Notes: generated by a model not told the origin, from the sequence alone. DNA of 63,830 bases, filler included, from Octopus bimaculoides (GCF_001194135.2; 6 parts of 6 records of this genome joined end to end with filler, not necessarily neighbours in it), one strand, 5' to 3'. Positions 27,295-40,901 are shown, numbered from the whole stretch's first letter. Program-made: numbers and translations.

Positions 27295-28399
27295 ACGACG
27301 GCATCGCTTCTCGAACCAAACACCGTTAAATGTGTGAGTGTGTGTGTGTGTGTGTGTGTGCATGCGCAAGAGAGTGTGAATGCAATGCAGTTGTGCGACT
27401 GTGTGAGTGTGTGTGTGTGTATGCGTGCGCATACGTTTGCGCGCGCGCGCGCGTGTGTGTGTGTATGTGTGTGTGATTCGAGTGTTTATATATCTATATA
27501 TCTTTACATTTATGCGTATAAGAACGTATACACATATATGTTCGAATATGCATAGGCACAAAGACACGCAGAAGCACACACACACTCGTACACACACACG
27601 CGCAGCACACACACACGCATACACATATATGTTAACGTGTACAGAAACACACATATGTGTGTGCATGTATGTGTGTTTGTGCATGTATAGATGTATGCGT
27701 GTGCATGTATAGATGTGTGTGTGTGTGTGTGAGTTTGGAATATATTTCAATAATTCTGCGTACAATTGCAAACGTACCGCTGCCACAATACGAACTCTCC
27801 ACCCCAGATTAACACACGTGTGTACACGTGTATATGTGTGTGTGTGTATGTTTGTGTGCGTGTGTATGTGTGTGTATCTATATGTGTGTGTATGTTTGTG
27901 CGTGACTGACGTGCGAAACGCTATGGACATGTGCGTATATGACGTGTCAGCGTTACGTGTGTGTGTGTGTGTGTGTATATTATGTGTGGATGGGGTGTAC
28001 ATGTGTGTATATATGACATGCAGACGGTATGTGTGTGTGTGTGTGGGACGTGTATATATGACGTATTAACGAGTGTATATTAGCCCCTCGTACGTGTAAC
28101 AAACTATTATGAAGTGACATTAAAATTTACAACAGAGAATGCATCTAGGTCCATGTGTACGTGTGTGTGTGTGTGTGTGTATTTGCTATGACGGTGTAAT
28201 TGCGATGTGCGTGTAAGTGTGTATTTGTACGTGTAACAGTGTGTGTGTGTGTGTGTGTGTGTGTTTATGTGTGTATACATACGTCACTGCTGATGTAGGT
28301 TTCCTATGGGAGGCAATGTGGTGCTCGGTGAGTGCGTGTTTATGTATGTGAGTGTGTAAGTGCAAANNNNNNNNNNNNNNNNNNNNNNNNNNNNNNNNN

Positions 28400-28464
<65 letters not shown>

Positions 28465-28941
28465 GCTCTTTTCTCTCTCTCCCCTTCTCTCTCCTTCTCT
28501 CACTCTTTCTCTATCTTTATATATATATATATATATACATATATCTATGCATGCATGTATGTATACAAGCACGTATATATACACGCATGCATGTTTGCAT
28601 GTATGTATGTATGAATGTACCTTTGTATGCATATATGCAAGAATGTATGTATGCATGTATGTACGTATGTATGCATGTATGCATGTATTTATGTACGTAT
28701 GCACGAATGTATGAATCTATGTATGTATGCATGTATGTACGAATGTATGAATGTATATACGAATGTACGTACGGATGTATGTATGTATGTATGCATGTAT
28801 GCACAGAGCTGTATAAACAGTCAAATATAAATGTAAGAACGCATTATAGATTTTTCTGCATTACATATTTTTGTTTGTTACAAGGAAAAGCTTCTCTGGA
28901 AAGTGAACGCGCGTGCGCACACACGCGCGCGTGTATGTGTG

Positions 28942-28974
<33 letters not shown>

Positions 28975-28981
28975 CATAGAT

Positions 28982-29012
<31 letters not shown>

Positions 29013-29021
29013 GATAGATAG

Positions 29022-29076
<55 letters not shown>

Positions 29077-29435
29077 TACATTTCCTCCCAATCATAAAAA
29101 TGTGCGTGTTTGTTGACATGTACTTATTTCCACCTGTGTGTATTTGTATTTATAGACGGTAACACCCAATATCTAAAAGCGATAATCAAACTTCGACCGC
29201 TGCCATTAATGATCTAAACACAATTAATAATTAATTAGTTCACTGAGGTCTATGGATTCCGATATAGATTGAACCAAAAACCCTATGATATTATTTAATG
29301 CCCAAACCTCTGCCACATCTCAATATGTTCAAATCTGAATTTTATTGATTAATTCCAATTGGATTTTTCATTTCTTCTTTCATTACCTTAGGTGTAGCTA
29401 AGTGGTTAATAACCTTGCTTCTTAACCGTGAGTTG

Positions 29436-29900
29436 AAGGGCGTGGCTTAATGGTTAGGTTATTCGACTCCCGATCATAAGCTTGTTGGTTCAATTTCCGG
29501 AGACGCGTTGTGTCCTTGTGCAAGACACTTTATTTCACATTGCTCCGGTCCACTCAGCTGGCAAAAAATGAGCAGTACCCAGGGCCCTCGAGCATAACTG
29601 CTTACCGGGCCCCTTTGAATGTGTATTTTAGTAGAGTTAGAATGTAGAATGTGAGTCTCTCAGAGTTCCGAGCCCTCAGGCAGTGCCCGATTGGCCGATG
29701 GCTCAGTCCGCTCCTCGTAGTACCTGTAATTCAAAGGGCCAGCCTTTTCCCATTCTGGGTCACCCCGAAACTTCCTGAGAACCACGTTAAGGTATTGTGT
29801 GTCTGTGGAGTACACAGCCACTTGCACGTTAATTTCACGAGCAGGTTGTTCAGTGAATCGGGTTGACTGAAACACTCATCGTCGTAAGCAACGGAGGTTC
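29436..29900 (+). mobile_element. SINE with family B head/core and family C tail, interrupted by a 137-bp insertion
   Basis: Head and core at 29436-29579; tail 29717-29900 matches the family C tail (gtaattcaaaggg.cagcc...gagaac.acgttaagg...ttaatttcacgagca). Confidence 0.85.
29580..29716. mobile_element. hAT-like MITE inserted in a SINE
   Basis: Flanked by a near-identical 8-mer (gcagtacc 29572-29579 / gtagtacc 29717-29724). Starts CAGGG; right end ggctcagtccgctcctc. The left TIR is incomplete. Confidence 0.5.
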
Positions 29901-30055
29901 ATTTTTTCGAACCATGTGGTCTTGGGTTCAGTTCCATAGTGTATATTTTCTACCGTCCCTGGTCGACCCAAACCTTGTGCGTGGATTTGTTTGGCGGAAA
30001 TCGGAAGAAGCTCGTTGTGTGTGTGTGTGTGTGCGTGCGCGTGTGCGTGTGTGTG

Positions 30056-30093
<38 letters not shown>

Positions 30094-30104
30094 TTTATGT
30101 TAGC

Positions 30105-30290
30105 ACGCCGGACGAAGTAACATTTTGTCCGTCTTTACGTTCTGAGTTCAAATTCTGCTGAGCTCGACTTTGCATTTCGCCTTTTCTGAGTCGGTGAAAT
30201 AAATACCAGCTGAGTACTGGGGTCGATGTAATCGACTATATCCCTCCCAGCAACTATCAGGCTTTGTGCCTATAATAAAAAATAATCATT
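30105..30290 (+). mobile_element. SINE family A copy
   Basis: gttagcacgccgg...ttctgagttcaaattc...aaataccag...ggggtcgatgtaatcgact. Confidence 0.85.
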
Positions 30291-31076
30291 ATATTTTATA
30301 AAAGCGAGAGGATCTGGTAAATTTCTGGGCTTTGAATTGTCGTGAAAAGGGAACAACTGCTTGAAACCTTGTGATAGATATTTACGCCGCTTGTTTATTT
30401 AAATCGAAGTTCAAATTTCGCCATTGCAAACATCGACGCGCGGCGTTCGATCAAATGAAATATCAGTGAAACTGTGATCGATTAAATCATCTTCCCCACC
30501 ACTACCTACACACGGTGGGTGTGTAATCATGTGACACTGCTATAGATTTATATATATTACAAAGTATAATATAGTCAGATCGTAAAAGATTATTTGGGGT
30601 ATGGTAGGAAGGGATTGAAAAAAGTATAAACATGATGTAGTTGTGAGAATGGAACCCTCTCTCTCGCCTTTCTTCTCTCTGTGAATTCTTGCATGCGTGT
30701 GTATGTGAATGCGTAGATGTATGGTGTATTCTAGAAAAGATATTTAAATGCTTTCACAGACACATACAATTTTCCCGATAATCGGTGCCAATTCGGGGGT
30801 GAAAATATTAAAAAAAAAATACGCGTACACACACGCGTTTGTGTGTATACATATGTGTGTGTGTATGTATTTATGTGTGTGTGTGTGTATGTATTTATGT
30901 GTGTGTGTGTGTATGTATATATATATATATATATATGAGGGGGAAACGGGCCCAGACACACTCATATACAAAACGCACGAAAGTAATGAAAAAAAACACA
31001 TGCACAAACAGCCTGGAAAAATGAAAGAACAAAGTAGCAAATAAAAAGAAAAACAAGTGTATTCACAGCTTTTCCG

Positions 31077-31095
31077 TTTCCGCCAGAGGGCGCCT
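31077..31095 (+). promoter_or_regulatory. CTCF-like motif
   Basis: TTTCCGCCAGAGGGCGCCT matches the CCRCCAGRKGGCRC core. Confidence 0.5.
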
Positions 31096-31581
31096 CACTC
31101 AATAGCAATTGTCATGATCAATGGCTACTGCAGCGAAGAACTGCAATAGAAGATCGAAGTGGAATCTCAAGAGAGAAAGAGTGAAAGGGAGAGAGAAAGA
31201 GAGAGAGTGAGAGAGAAAGAGAGAGAGAGTAAGGGGTGTGGAGGGAGGTAATCCAGCGTTTATGAATAGGATGTGATTAGTGAAACATGAGAAAGACTGA
31301 TGAATACACACACACACACACACAAACACACGCACAAACATACACACACACGCAGGCACACATACACATATATCTGTGAATTTATGGATGTATGTAAATG
31401 TGGTGATATGAATGCACGTTTAGGTAAATATATACACAAATATGTGTGTATGTGTGTGTACACGCACACACACACACACACACATATAATGGCGTATATA
31501 TGTTTTCCAGTACGAGTAACGATCTTCATACATGAATGCATACAAATGCATGTTTCAATAAATGTTTTGATACACACACAC

Positions 31582-31629
<48 letters not shown>

Positions 31630-31789
31630 TTATGTATGTATATATATATATATATATGTATATGTATATATGAATGTATATATATATATACATATATATA
31701 TATACATATATATGTATATATGAATGTATACATATATTATATATATATATATATATACATATATAATATATATATATATATATATATAC

Positions 31790-32004
31790 ATACGTATATA
31801 ATATATATATATACGTGTATAATATATATATATATACGTGTATAATATATATATATATACGTATATAATATATATATATACGTATATAATATATATATAT
31901 ATATATACGTATATAATATATATATATATACGTATATAATATATATATATATACGTATATAATATATATATATATACGTATATAATATATATATATATAC
32001 GTAT
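31790..32004. repeat. Minisatellite, unit of about 20-22 bp (TATAATATATATATATATACG)
   Basis: About 9-10 visible tandem units running into a gap. Confidence 0.9.
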
Positions 32005-32516
32005 NNNNNNNNNNNNNNNNNNNNNNNNNNNNNNNNNNNNNNNNNNNNTTAATTAATTAANNNNNNNNNNNNNNNNNNNNNNNNNNNNNNNNNNNNNNNN
32101 NNNNATATTAATAAAGGGAGACATCAAAAACTCGATGGGAGGATTCGAACCGTTTTTTTCTTTCTGGGCTTCAAGTTTCACACCTAATTCTTCAGTTATT
32201 GAACGGCGGCCATGCTGAGACTTCGCCTTGGAGAGTTTTAGTCATAAATTGACCCCAGTACTTATTCTTTTTCCAGTCTGTTACTTATTCTTGCTGAACC
32301 AATAAGTTACAGGGACGCAAACAAACCGACACCGGCTGTCAAGGTGTGGGCGGGACACAAACACACACAGACGCACATACAAACACATATACACACAAAA
32401 ATCTGGACTCATTATGTATGTACAGCCAATGGAAATCTGCATGTGCAAGTGCGTGTGTGTATATGTGTGTGAGAGTGCCTGTGTGTATATGCATATATGT
32501 GTATATGTGTCTCTGT

Positions 32517-32904
32517 GGAGGCGCAATGGCCCAGTGGTTAGGGCAGCGGACTCACGGTCATAGGATTGCGGTTTCGATTCCCAGACCGGGCGTTGTGAAT
32601 GTTTATTGAGCGAAAACACCTAAAAAGCTCCAGGAGGCTCCGGCAGGGGATGGTGGCGAACCCTGCTGTACTCTTTCACCACAACTTTCTCTCACTCTTA
32701 CTTACTGTTTCTGTTGTACCTGTAATTGAAAGGGTCAGCCTTGTCACACTGTGTCACGCTGAATATCCCCGAGAACTACGTTAAGGGTACACGTGTCTAT
32801 GGAGTGCTCAGCCACTTGCAAGTTAATTTCACGAGCAAGCTGTTCCGTTGATCGGATCAACTGGAACCCTCGACGTCGTCGACGTAAGCGACAGAGTGCC
32901 AGCA
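32517..32904 (+). mobile_element. tRNA-derived SINE family C, full length
   Basis: A box TGGCCCAGTGG, B box GTTTCGATTCC; high identity to 24769-25151. Confidence 0.92.
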
Positions 32905-34024
32905 AAGTATGTGTGTCTGTATGTGTCTGTCTATCTGTCTCCCTAACACTTAACAAACGCTGTTGGTTTCTTTACGTCCGTGTAAGTTAGCAGTTGGGCA
33001 TAATAAAAAGACCGAAAGAGTAAATGTCAAGTTTAAAAAACAAAATGTAAGTACCGGGGTCGATGTGTTTGATTAAACATTTCATGGCCGCAGTCTAATA
33101 ACTGAAACAAACGGAAGATATAAAGACAAAAGTCAAAAAGGAAGAAATTCTATATTGTCGTTTATCTTTCCTCAACCCGCTTGCTTACCCACATATATCA
33201 AACCAACGTGATATCCAGATGGCCACCACAAGGAAGTGTTCATCCATTCATTAAACAAGGTTGTTACTTTTTAAGCCTTCATTCCTAAATAAATAAATGT
33301 CACATGTGAGGAATATTTGCAGGCTTTTTTCAAAACTGTGTTACTGGGTTGAGTACGTGTGTATGTGTGTGTATATATGTGTGTGTGTGTGTGTGGATAT
33401 GTGCGCGTATGTGTATGTGTATGGGTGTGTGTATGTGTATGTGCGTGTGTATGTATGTGGATGTGCATGAGTGTGTATGCGCGCGTGTGTGTATGTGTGT
33501 GTATGTGTATGTATGTGTGTGTATGTGTGTGTATATGTGTGTGTGTGTATGTGCATGTGTATTCGTGTATATGTGTATCTATATATGTGTATTATTAGTA
33601 ATAATAGTGGTAGTAATATAAGTAGTGGTGGTGGTAGTAGTTGTAGTAGTATCTGTGGTTGCGGTGGTGGTGGTCGTGGTTGTACTAGTAGTAGTAGTCG
33701 TTGTGTGTATGTATGCTTATGTATCATTGTGTGCATGTGAAAGGGTGTGTTTTTGTGTGTGATGGTTCTATGTCTGTGTGGCAGATGCGGGTGGGAGACG
33801 TGTACGCCAGTTATTGTGTACGTGCCTGTATATGTAATAATTTTGGGTGCGTGTGTATGTTGTAGATGTATGTATGCACATGTGTCCATGTTGCCTGTGT
33901 GTGTGCTTGTGTGTGTGTGAGAAAGAGAGAGAGATTTAGAGGGTGTGGTATTGTATATGTATGTGTATATATGTGTGTATGTGCTCTTACTACTCCCCTT
34001 CTTTTTTCTCTCTTTCTCTCTTTG

Positions 34025-34064
<40 letters not shown>

Positions 34065-34086
34065 NNNNNNNNNNNNNNNNNNNNNN

Positions 34087-34130
<44 letters not shown>

Positions 34131-34500
34131 CTTCCCTCACTTTCTCTCCTTCACACACACACATACTCTCTTACTCTCTCTCTCTCTCTTACATTCTGTT
34201 CTCCTCTCCCTTTCTGTCGTAAACTGCATCAGACTGGAAATGTGTTACTAGGCTATTTCTCCCCATTACTCTCTCCTTCTCACTTTCCATCTCCGCTCTC
34301 TGTTTCCTCTCTATTCTGTTTGTACTCTCTCTCTCTCTCTCTCGCTCTTCTTTTTCTTTCTGTAATATATTTCTTTTCTCTCTTTCTCTGTTGTAATTCA
34401 TTCTTCTCTATATATACAATCTTCACTTCACTTCTTTCTTTCTTTCTTTCTTTCTTTCCTCCCCTCTCTCTCTCTCTCTCTCCCTCTCTCATACACGCAT

Positions 34501-34574
<74 letters not shown>

Positions 34575-35368
34575 NNNNNNNNNNNNNNNNNNNNNNNNNN
34601 NNNNNNNNNNNNNNNNNNNNNNNNNNNNNNNNNNNNNNNNNNNNNNNNNNNNNNNNNNNNNNNNNNNNNNNNNNNNNNNNNNNNNNNNNNNNNNNNNNNN
34701 NNNNNNNNNNNNNNNNNNNNNNNNNNNNNNNNNNNNNNNNNNNNNNNNNNNNNNNNNNNNNNNNNNNNNNNNNNNNNNNNNNNNNNNNNNNNNNNNNNNN
34801 NNNNNNNNNNNNNNNNNNNNNNNNNNNNNNNNNNNNNNNNNNNNNNNNNNNNNNNNNNNNNNNNNNNNNNNNNNNNNNNNNNNNNNNNNNNNNNNNNNNN
34901 NNNNNNNNNNNNNNNNNNNNNNNNNNNNNNNNNNNNNNNNNNNNNNNNNNNNNNNNNNNNNNNNNNNNNNNNNNNNNNNNNNNNNNNNNNNNNNNNNNNN
35001 NNNNNNNNNNNNNNNNNNNNNNNNNNNNNNNNNNNNNNNNNNNNNNNNNNNNNNNNNNNNNNNNNNNNNNNNNNNNNNNNNNNNNNNNNNNNNNNNNNNN
35101 NNNNNNNNNNNNNNNNNNNNNNNNNNNNNNNNNNNNNNNNNNNNNNNNNNNNNNNNNNNNNNNNNNNNNNNNNNNNNNNNNNNNNNNNNNNNNNNNNNNN
35201 NNNNNNNNNNNNNNNNNNNNNNNNNNNNNNNNNNNNNNNNGTGGTGGTGGTGGTGGTGGTGGTGGTGGTGGTGGTAGTAGTATTTATGGTTGTAGTAGTA
35301 GTAGTAGCAGCACTAGTAGTACTTAAAGTTGAAAGAAGGATCCGCCCTTCTCTCTTACTTATAAATAT

Positions 35369-35830
35369 TGATTTCAAATTTTGGCACAAGGCCAGTAATT
35401 TTGGAGGAGAGGGGTTTAGTCGATTCCATCGACCTCAGTACCCAACTGGTACTTATTTTATCAATCTCCAAAAGGACGAAAAACAAAGTCGACCTCGGCG
35501 GCATTTGAACTCGGAACGTGTAGACGGCGAAATGCCGCTATGCAATTTTTCCGGCGTGCTAACGATTCTGCCAAATTCGCCGTTTTCTCTTATAAATATC
35601 ACTTTCAAATTTTTTTCAGAAGTCTAGCAATTTCGGTGGCGCGGGGTGGGGGTCTAAGTCGATTACATCGACCCCATTGCTCAAATGGTACTTATTTTAT
35701 CAACCCCCGAAAGGATGAAAGACAAAGTTGACCTCAGCGGGAATTTGAACTCAGTACATAAAACAAACGAAATGTCGCGAAGCAATTTGCCCGGCGTGCT
35801 AACGATTCTACCAACATCACTGCCTTCTTT
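35369..35830 (-). mobile_element. SINE family A, two tandem copies
   Basis: Two reverse-complement units with most CpGs intact. Confidence 0.9.
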
Positions 35831-36004
35831 TACCAATTAATATTAGCTTACACTTTAAGAAGGAACGACGTGTGAGATAATGTAGTCCAAGGTACACTAT
35901 GACTGAAAAAAATGAATACGTTTGTCACGTTTGGAACACCTGTTATCAAAGGTGTGCTGAATTGATGCTAACTTAGGGTTAGATAACCTTTACGTGGTTA
36001 CTTG

Positions 36005-36300
36005 ATTTGTTAGAAATAGCAGCCAAATCTCTCTTAATTCTCACCCCGACTGTCACACAATCTTAACAAAAGGCCAAAACGTATTTCTAAATTTCTTGCA
36101 CATAGAAAAAAAAAAAAGAAAAAAAAGACATGACTGTCATGGCTGGAATACTTTTGATCATAGTTTAACTCAGTGATGGTCGACTTAGGGCTAAACAACA
36201 ATAACAATTTTCGTTGTCTATAGGAGTTTATGTGATCACTCAAAATGAGAGAAATAACAGCCAAATGTTCTTCGACTCTCACCTTACGGTCTTAAGGAAT
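36005..36300 (+). repeat. Dispersed short repeat (ttagaaatagcagccaaat...), two adjacent copies
   Basis: Related segments at about 10521-10570(+), 36008(+), 36247(+) and 55180-55235(-). Confidence 0.6.
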
Positions 36301-36484
36301 AGAGGACTCACTAGATGTTATTGTCCTATATATAGTATATCAGTCAGGGAAAAAGTTGAATGATCAATGATAGAAAGTCCTCGGTCTACTCGATCAGTGT
36401 TCACCTGGAGCTACAGCAACAAACAAACAAACAAAACACATGACATACAAGGCAATGAGCGTGGATCGATTACACAAGAATAAA

Positions 36485-36797
36485 AACCTCCTTCGGTCAT
36501 ATATGACCATGGGATCAGACCTAGAGAGTCCCTCTCCTAGGCACAAGTCCGAGCAAGGTTGTTAAATGGAAGACCAGCCTCCCTTCTCCACGCCACTAAT
36601 GTTATCTAAGGGAAAGGTAAAGGCTGATACGGCTTGGCACCAGCGACGCCGTAGCTCATTTCTGCAGCTGAGTGAACTGGAGCAATGTGAGGTAAAGCGT
36701 CTTGCTCAAGAAGACAACACATAGCCCGGTCAGGGAATCGAACTCACTACCTCTTGATTGTGAGCCCGACGCTCTAACCACTGAGCCATGCGGCTTC
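36485..36797 (-). mobile_element. SINE family B copy, tail type 1
   Basis: Reverse complement of 6815-7135 along its whole length. Confidence 0.9.
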
Positions 36798-36802
36798 ACT
36801 GG

Positions 36803-36816
36803 ATCTACTACTACTA

Positions 36817-36854
<38 letters not shown>

Positions 36855-37176
36855 TCTACTGCCCCTGCACTGCAGCTGCTGCTGCTGTCGCTGGTGTTAA
36901 TCGATTTAGTCTTCAGCTCCCAAGTTCCACGAGGGACCACAACAATAATAACAATAACAATGCGTACAGCTTCAACAACAATAACAGCAGCAGCAGCAGC
37001 AACAGCAGCAACAACAAGAACAACAAGAACAATGACAGTAACAACAACAACAACACCAGCAACAGCAAACATTACCAACGGCAACAACCACAAGGAAGAC
37101 ACCACTACCCCCACTGCCACCACCACCACCACCACCACCACCACAACCAACAACAACAACAACAACAACAACAACA

Positions 37177-37214
<38 letters not shown>

Positions 37215-37450
37215 ATCCATACCACTAGCACAATACCCTCACCACCACCAGTAACAACAACTGTAACGGTAACAACAACACTAGCACAATCACCACCGCT
37301 AAAAACAAATTCACCTCCACCAGAAAACAACATCGCCACCAACAGTACCCCTACCACCAACTGCACGGCCCACCGATACCCAACATTCATTCTCCAACAA
37401 CAATGGCAAAAACAACAAGAACACCACCAACAACAACAAATTCCTCAGTA
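36803..37450. repeat. Compound trinucleotide microsatellite (CTA/CTG/CAA/CAG/CCA)
   Basis: Directly visible. Confidence 0.9.
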
Positions 37451-37844
37451 ACACGAAGCTCCATATAGGATTGCCTGTACAAATAATATCAGTATGGCAG
37501 CTGTATAAAATGATGGCAGCTAATTAATCTAGTCTTTGTGTTTATTATTAATGGTGGTTGTTTTTATTAGTTTTTGTTGTTAATGGTTGATATGGTAGTT
37601 GTTGTTATTGTCGTTGATGTAGTTTCTGTGGTAATTAGTGCTATTTCTAGTAGCTGTACTGGATGTAGTTGCGGTGGTGATTGTTGTTATAGCAGTTGTT
37701 GTTGTTAATGTTGTAGTAGTCATTTTCTTTTTACACCTGCTATTGTAGAGGTTGTTGTGGTTTATGTTACAACTACCGTGGTAGACATTATTGTTGTTAC
37801 AGTAACGATTATTGAGGTAATTATTATTATAATTACTAAATTAC

Positions 37845-38930
37845 GTCGAGGTAAACTTTGCCTTTCCTCCTTTCAAGATCGATAAAATAAGTACCAGTTG
37901 TACGCTGGGGTCGAAGTAATCGACTTATCCCTCACCTGAACTTGCTGGCCTTGTGCGAAAATTTGAAATCATTATTACAATTACTAGGAGGCGAGGTGGC
38001 AGAATCGTTAGCACGCCGGGTAAAATGCTTAGCGGCATTTTGACCGTCTTTACGTTCTGAGTTCAAATTCCGCCGGGGTCGACTATGCCTTTCATCCTTT
38101 CGTATTCGATAAATTATGTACCAGTGAAACACTGGGGTCAATATAATCGACTGGCCCCCTTCTCCAAAATTTCAAGCCTTGAGCCTTTAGGAGACAGGAT
38201 TATTGTTATAATTACTGAAAAGGTGGTCAGCTGGCAGAATCGATGAACAAAATTCTTAGCGATATTCTGTTAGACTTCACCTTCTGAGTTCAGTTCAAAA
38301 TCTGCTGAGGTCGACTCTGCTTTTCATCCAATCGGAGTCGATGAAATGAGTACTGGTCGAACACTGGAGTCGATGCGATCGACTAGCACAAATTTCAGAC
38401 CAGCAAATTTCTGACCTTGTGGTTATAGTAAAAGGAATTATTATTATAATTATTGAGAGAGCGGTGAGGTGGCAGAATGAAATGGCACGCTGAATAAAAT
38501 ATATTTCGTTTGAATTCTGAATTGAAGTTCCACCGAAATCGAATTTGTCTTTCATCCTCTCAGGGTCGGTCAAATAAGTACCAGTCAAAGTGGGTCGGTC
38601 AAATAAGTACCAGTCAAAGTACTAGAGTCGATGTTATTGACTACACCGTCTCTCAAGAACTGCTAGCTCTGTGTCAAAATTTGAAACTGTAAATATTATA
38701 ATCATTTATAAAGCGACGACCTGGTAGAATCGTTAGCACGCTTCACAAAATGACTAACGACATTTCGCCCAACTTTACGTTCAGAGTTAAAATTCCGCCA
38801 AGATCGACTATGCCCCTTTTATATTTTCAGGGTCCATGAAATAGATACCAGTTGAACACTAGGGTCATTGTAAACGACTTACCCTCAAGATTTCAGACCT
38901 CGTGCTTATAGAAGAATGGATTATTATAAT
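37845..38930 (+). mobile_element. SINE family A, head-to-tail array of 5-6 copies
   Basis: Unit repeats about every 220-250 bp, separated by short (ATT)n linkers. One copy has an exact 29-bp tandem duplication (38563-38591 / 38592-38620). Confidence 0.9.
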
Positions 38931-38997
38931 AACTGAGGCAATAGTCGTTGCGGTTATTTTGCAGTGTTTGCTGTTATCGTTGTAGCTGTGATGGTTA

Positions 38998-39403
38998 CTC
39001 TTTTACTTGTTTCAGTCATTTGACTGTGGCCATGCTGGAGCACCACCTTTAGTCGAGCAAATCGACCCCAGGACTTATTCTTTGGAAGCCTAGTACTTAT
39101 TCTATCGGTTCTCTTTTGCCGAACCGCTAAGTTACGGGGACGTAAACACACCAGCATCGGTTGTCAAGCGATGTCGGGTGACGGGGGGACAAACACAGAC
39201 ACGCAAACATATACACACGCATACATATATATATACATATATACGACGGGCTTCTTTCAGTTTCCATCTACCAAATCCACTGACAAGGCTTTGGTCGGCC
39301 CGAGGCTATAGTAGAAGACACTTGCCCAAGGTGCCACGCAGTGGGACTGAACCCGGAACCATGTGGTTGGGAAGCAAGCTACTTACCACACAGCCACTCC
39401 TAC
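38998..39403 (-). mobile_element. tRNA-derived SINE family D, full length with an internal microsatellite
   Basis: Head gtggctgtgtggtaag...ccgggttcagtcccactgcgtggcaccttgggcaagtgtcttctactatagcc. Partial copies at about 16965-17078(+), 24365-24480(-), 29905-30015(+), 32205-32360(-), 32955-33125(+), 56185-56350(-) and 59255-59390. Confidence 0.9.
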
Positions 39404-39833
39404 GTCTTGTAGAATTTATATTTTTTGTTCTAGTTGTTTTTGTAAGTGTTGTTGTTGGTGCTGCTGTTCCTTGGCTGTGCTAAACGCTGCGGTGGATGTT
39501 AGAGTAGTTTTTATCGTTGTGGTCACCGTTAATGTTGCTGTTACGGTTGTTGTGCTGCTCATGTTGTTACTCTTGAGTTTATTATTCTAATTGATTTCAT
39601 TGCTACTGCCGTTATTGTTGTCACCGTTGTTCTTGTTGTTGTTAGTTGTTTATTTGTTGATATTGTTGTTGTTGTCGTTGTTGTTGCTTCTGCTACAAGT
39701 GATGTTGTTATGATGCTTTGACTTTGGTTACTGTTGTTGTTCATGCTGTTGCTGGGTACCTATTGATTTTCTTTGTGTAGCAGCAGCAGCAGTGGTAGTA
39801 TTAGTGGCGCTGGTGGTAGTAATAGTAATAGTT

Positions 39834-39873
<40 letters not shown>

Positions 39874-40843
39874 NNNNNNNNNNNNNNNNNNNNNNNNNNN
39901 NNNNNNNNNNNNNNNNNNNNNNNNNNNNNNNNNNNNNNNNNNNNNNNNNNNNNNNNNNNNNNNNNNNNNNNNNNNNNNNNNNNNNNNNNNNNNNNNNNNN
40001 NNNNNNNNNNNNNNNNNNNNNNNNNNNNNNNNNNNNNNNNNNNNNNNNNNNNNNNNNNNNNNNNNNNNNNNNNNNNNNNNNNNNNNNNNNNNNNNNNNNN
40101 NNNNNNNNNNNNNNNNNNNNNNNNNNNNNNNNNNNNNNNNNNNNNNNNNNNNNNNNNNNNNNNNNNNNNNNNNNNNNNNNNNNNNNNNNNNNNNNNNNNN
40201 NNNNNNNNNNNNNNNNNNNNNNNNNNNNNNNNNNNNNNNNNNNNNNNNNNNNNNNNNNNNNNNNNNNNNNNNNNNNNNNNNNNNNNNNNNNNNNNNNNNN
40301 NNNNNNNNNNNNNNNNNNNNNNNNNNNNNNNNNNNNNNNNNNNNNNNNNNNNNNNNNNNNNNNNNNNNNNNNNNNNNNNNNNNNNNNNNNNNNNNNNNNN
40401 NNNNNNNNNNNNNNNNNNNNNNNNNNNNNNNNNNNNNNNNNNNNNNNNNNNNNNNNNNNNNNNNNNNNNNNNNNNNNNNNNNNNNNNNNNNNNNNNNNNN
40501 NNNNNNNNNNNNNNNNNNNNNNNNNNNNNNNNNNNNNNNNNNNNNNNNNNNNNNNNNNNNNNNNNNNNNNNNNNNNNNNNNNNNNNNNNNNNNNNNNNNN
40601 NNNNNNNNNNNNNNNNNNNNNNNNNNNNNNNNNNNNNNNNNNNNNNNNNNNNNNNNNNNNNNNNNNNNNNNNNNNNNNNNNNNNNNNNNNNNNNNNNNNN
40701 NNNNNNNNNNNNNNNNNNNNNNNNNNNNNNNNNNNNNNNNNNNNNNNNNNNNNNNNNNNNNAAACACCTTCCACGCTGCAATTGTTTTCGTTCCAGCACA
40801 CAATCTCAGATCAGGTCACTTGCCATGCAAGTACATCTCCGTA

Positions 40844-40901
<58 letters not shown>

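Noticed and set aside
36656-37451. Thr/Asn/Gln-rich mucin-like ORFs
   Set aside because: Start inside a SINE and continue through trinucleotide microsatellites.
37845-38930. CRISPR-like array (also 61500-61875)
   Set aside because: Eukaryotic context, units are whole SINEs or UTR repeats, no unique spacers, no cas genes.
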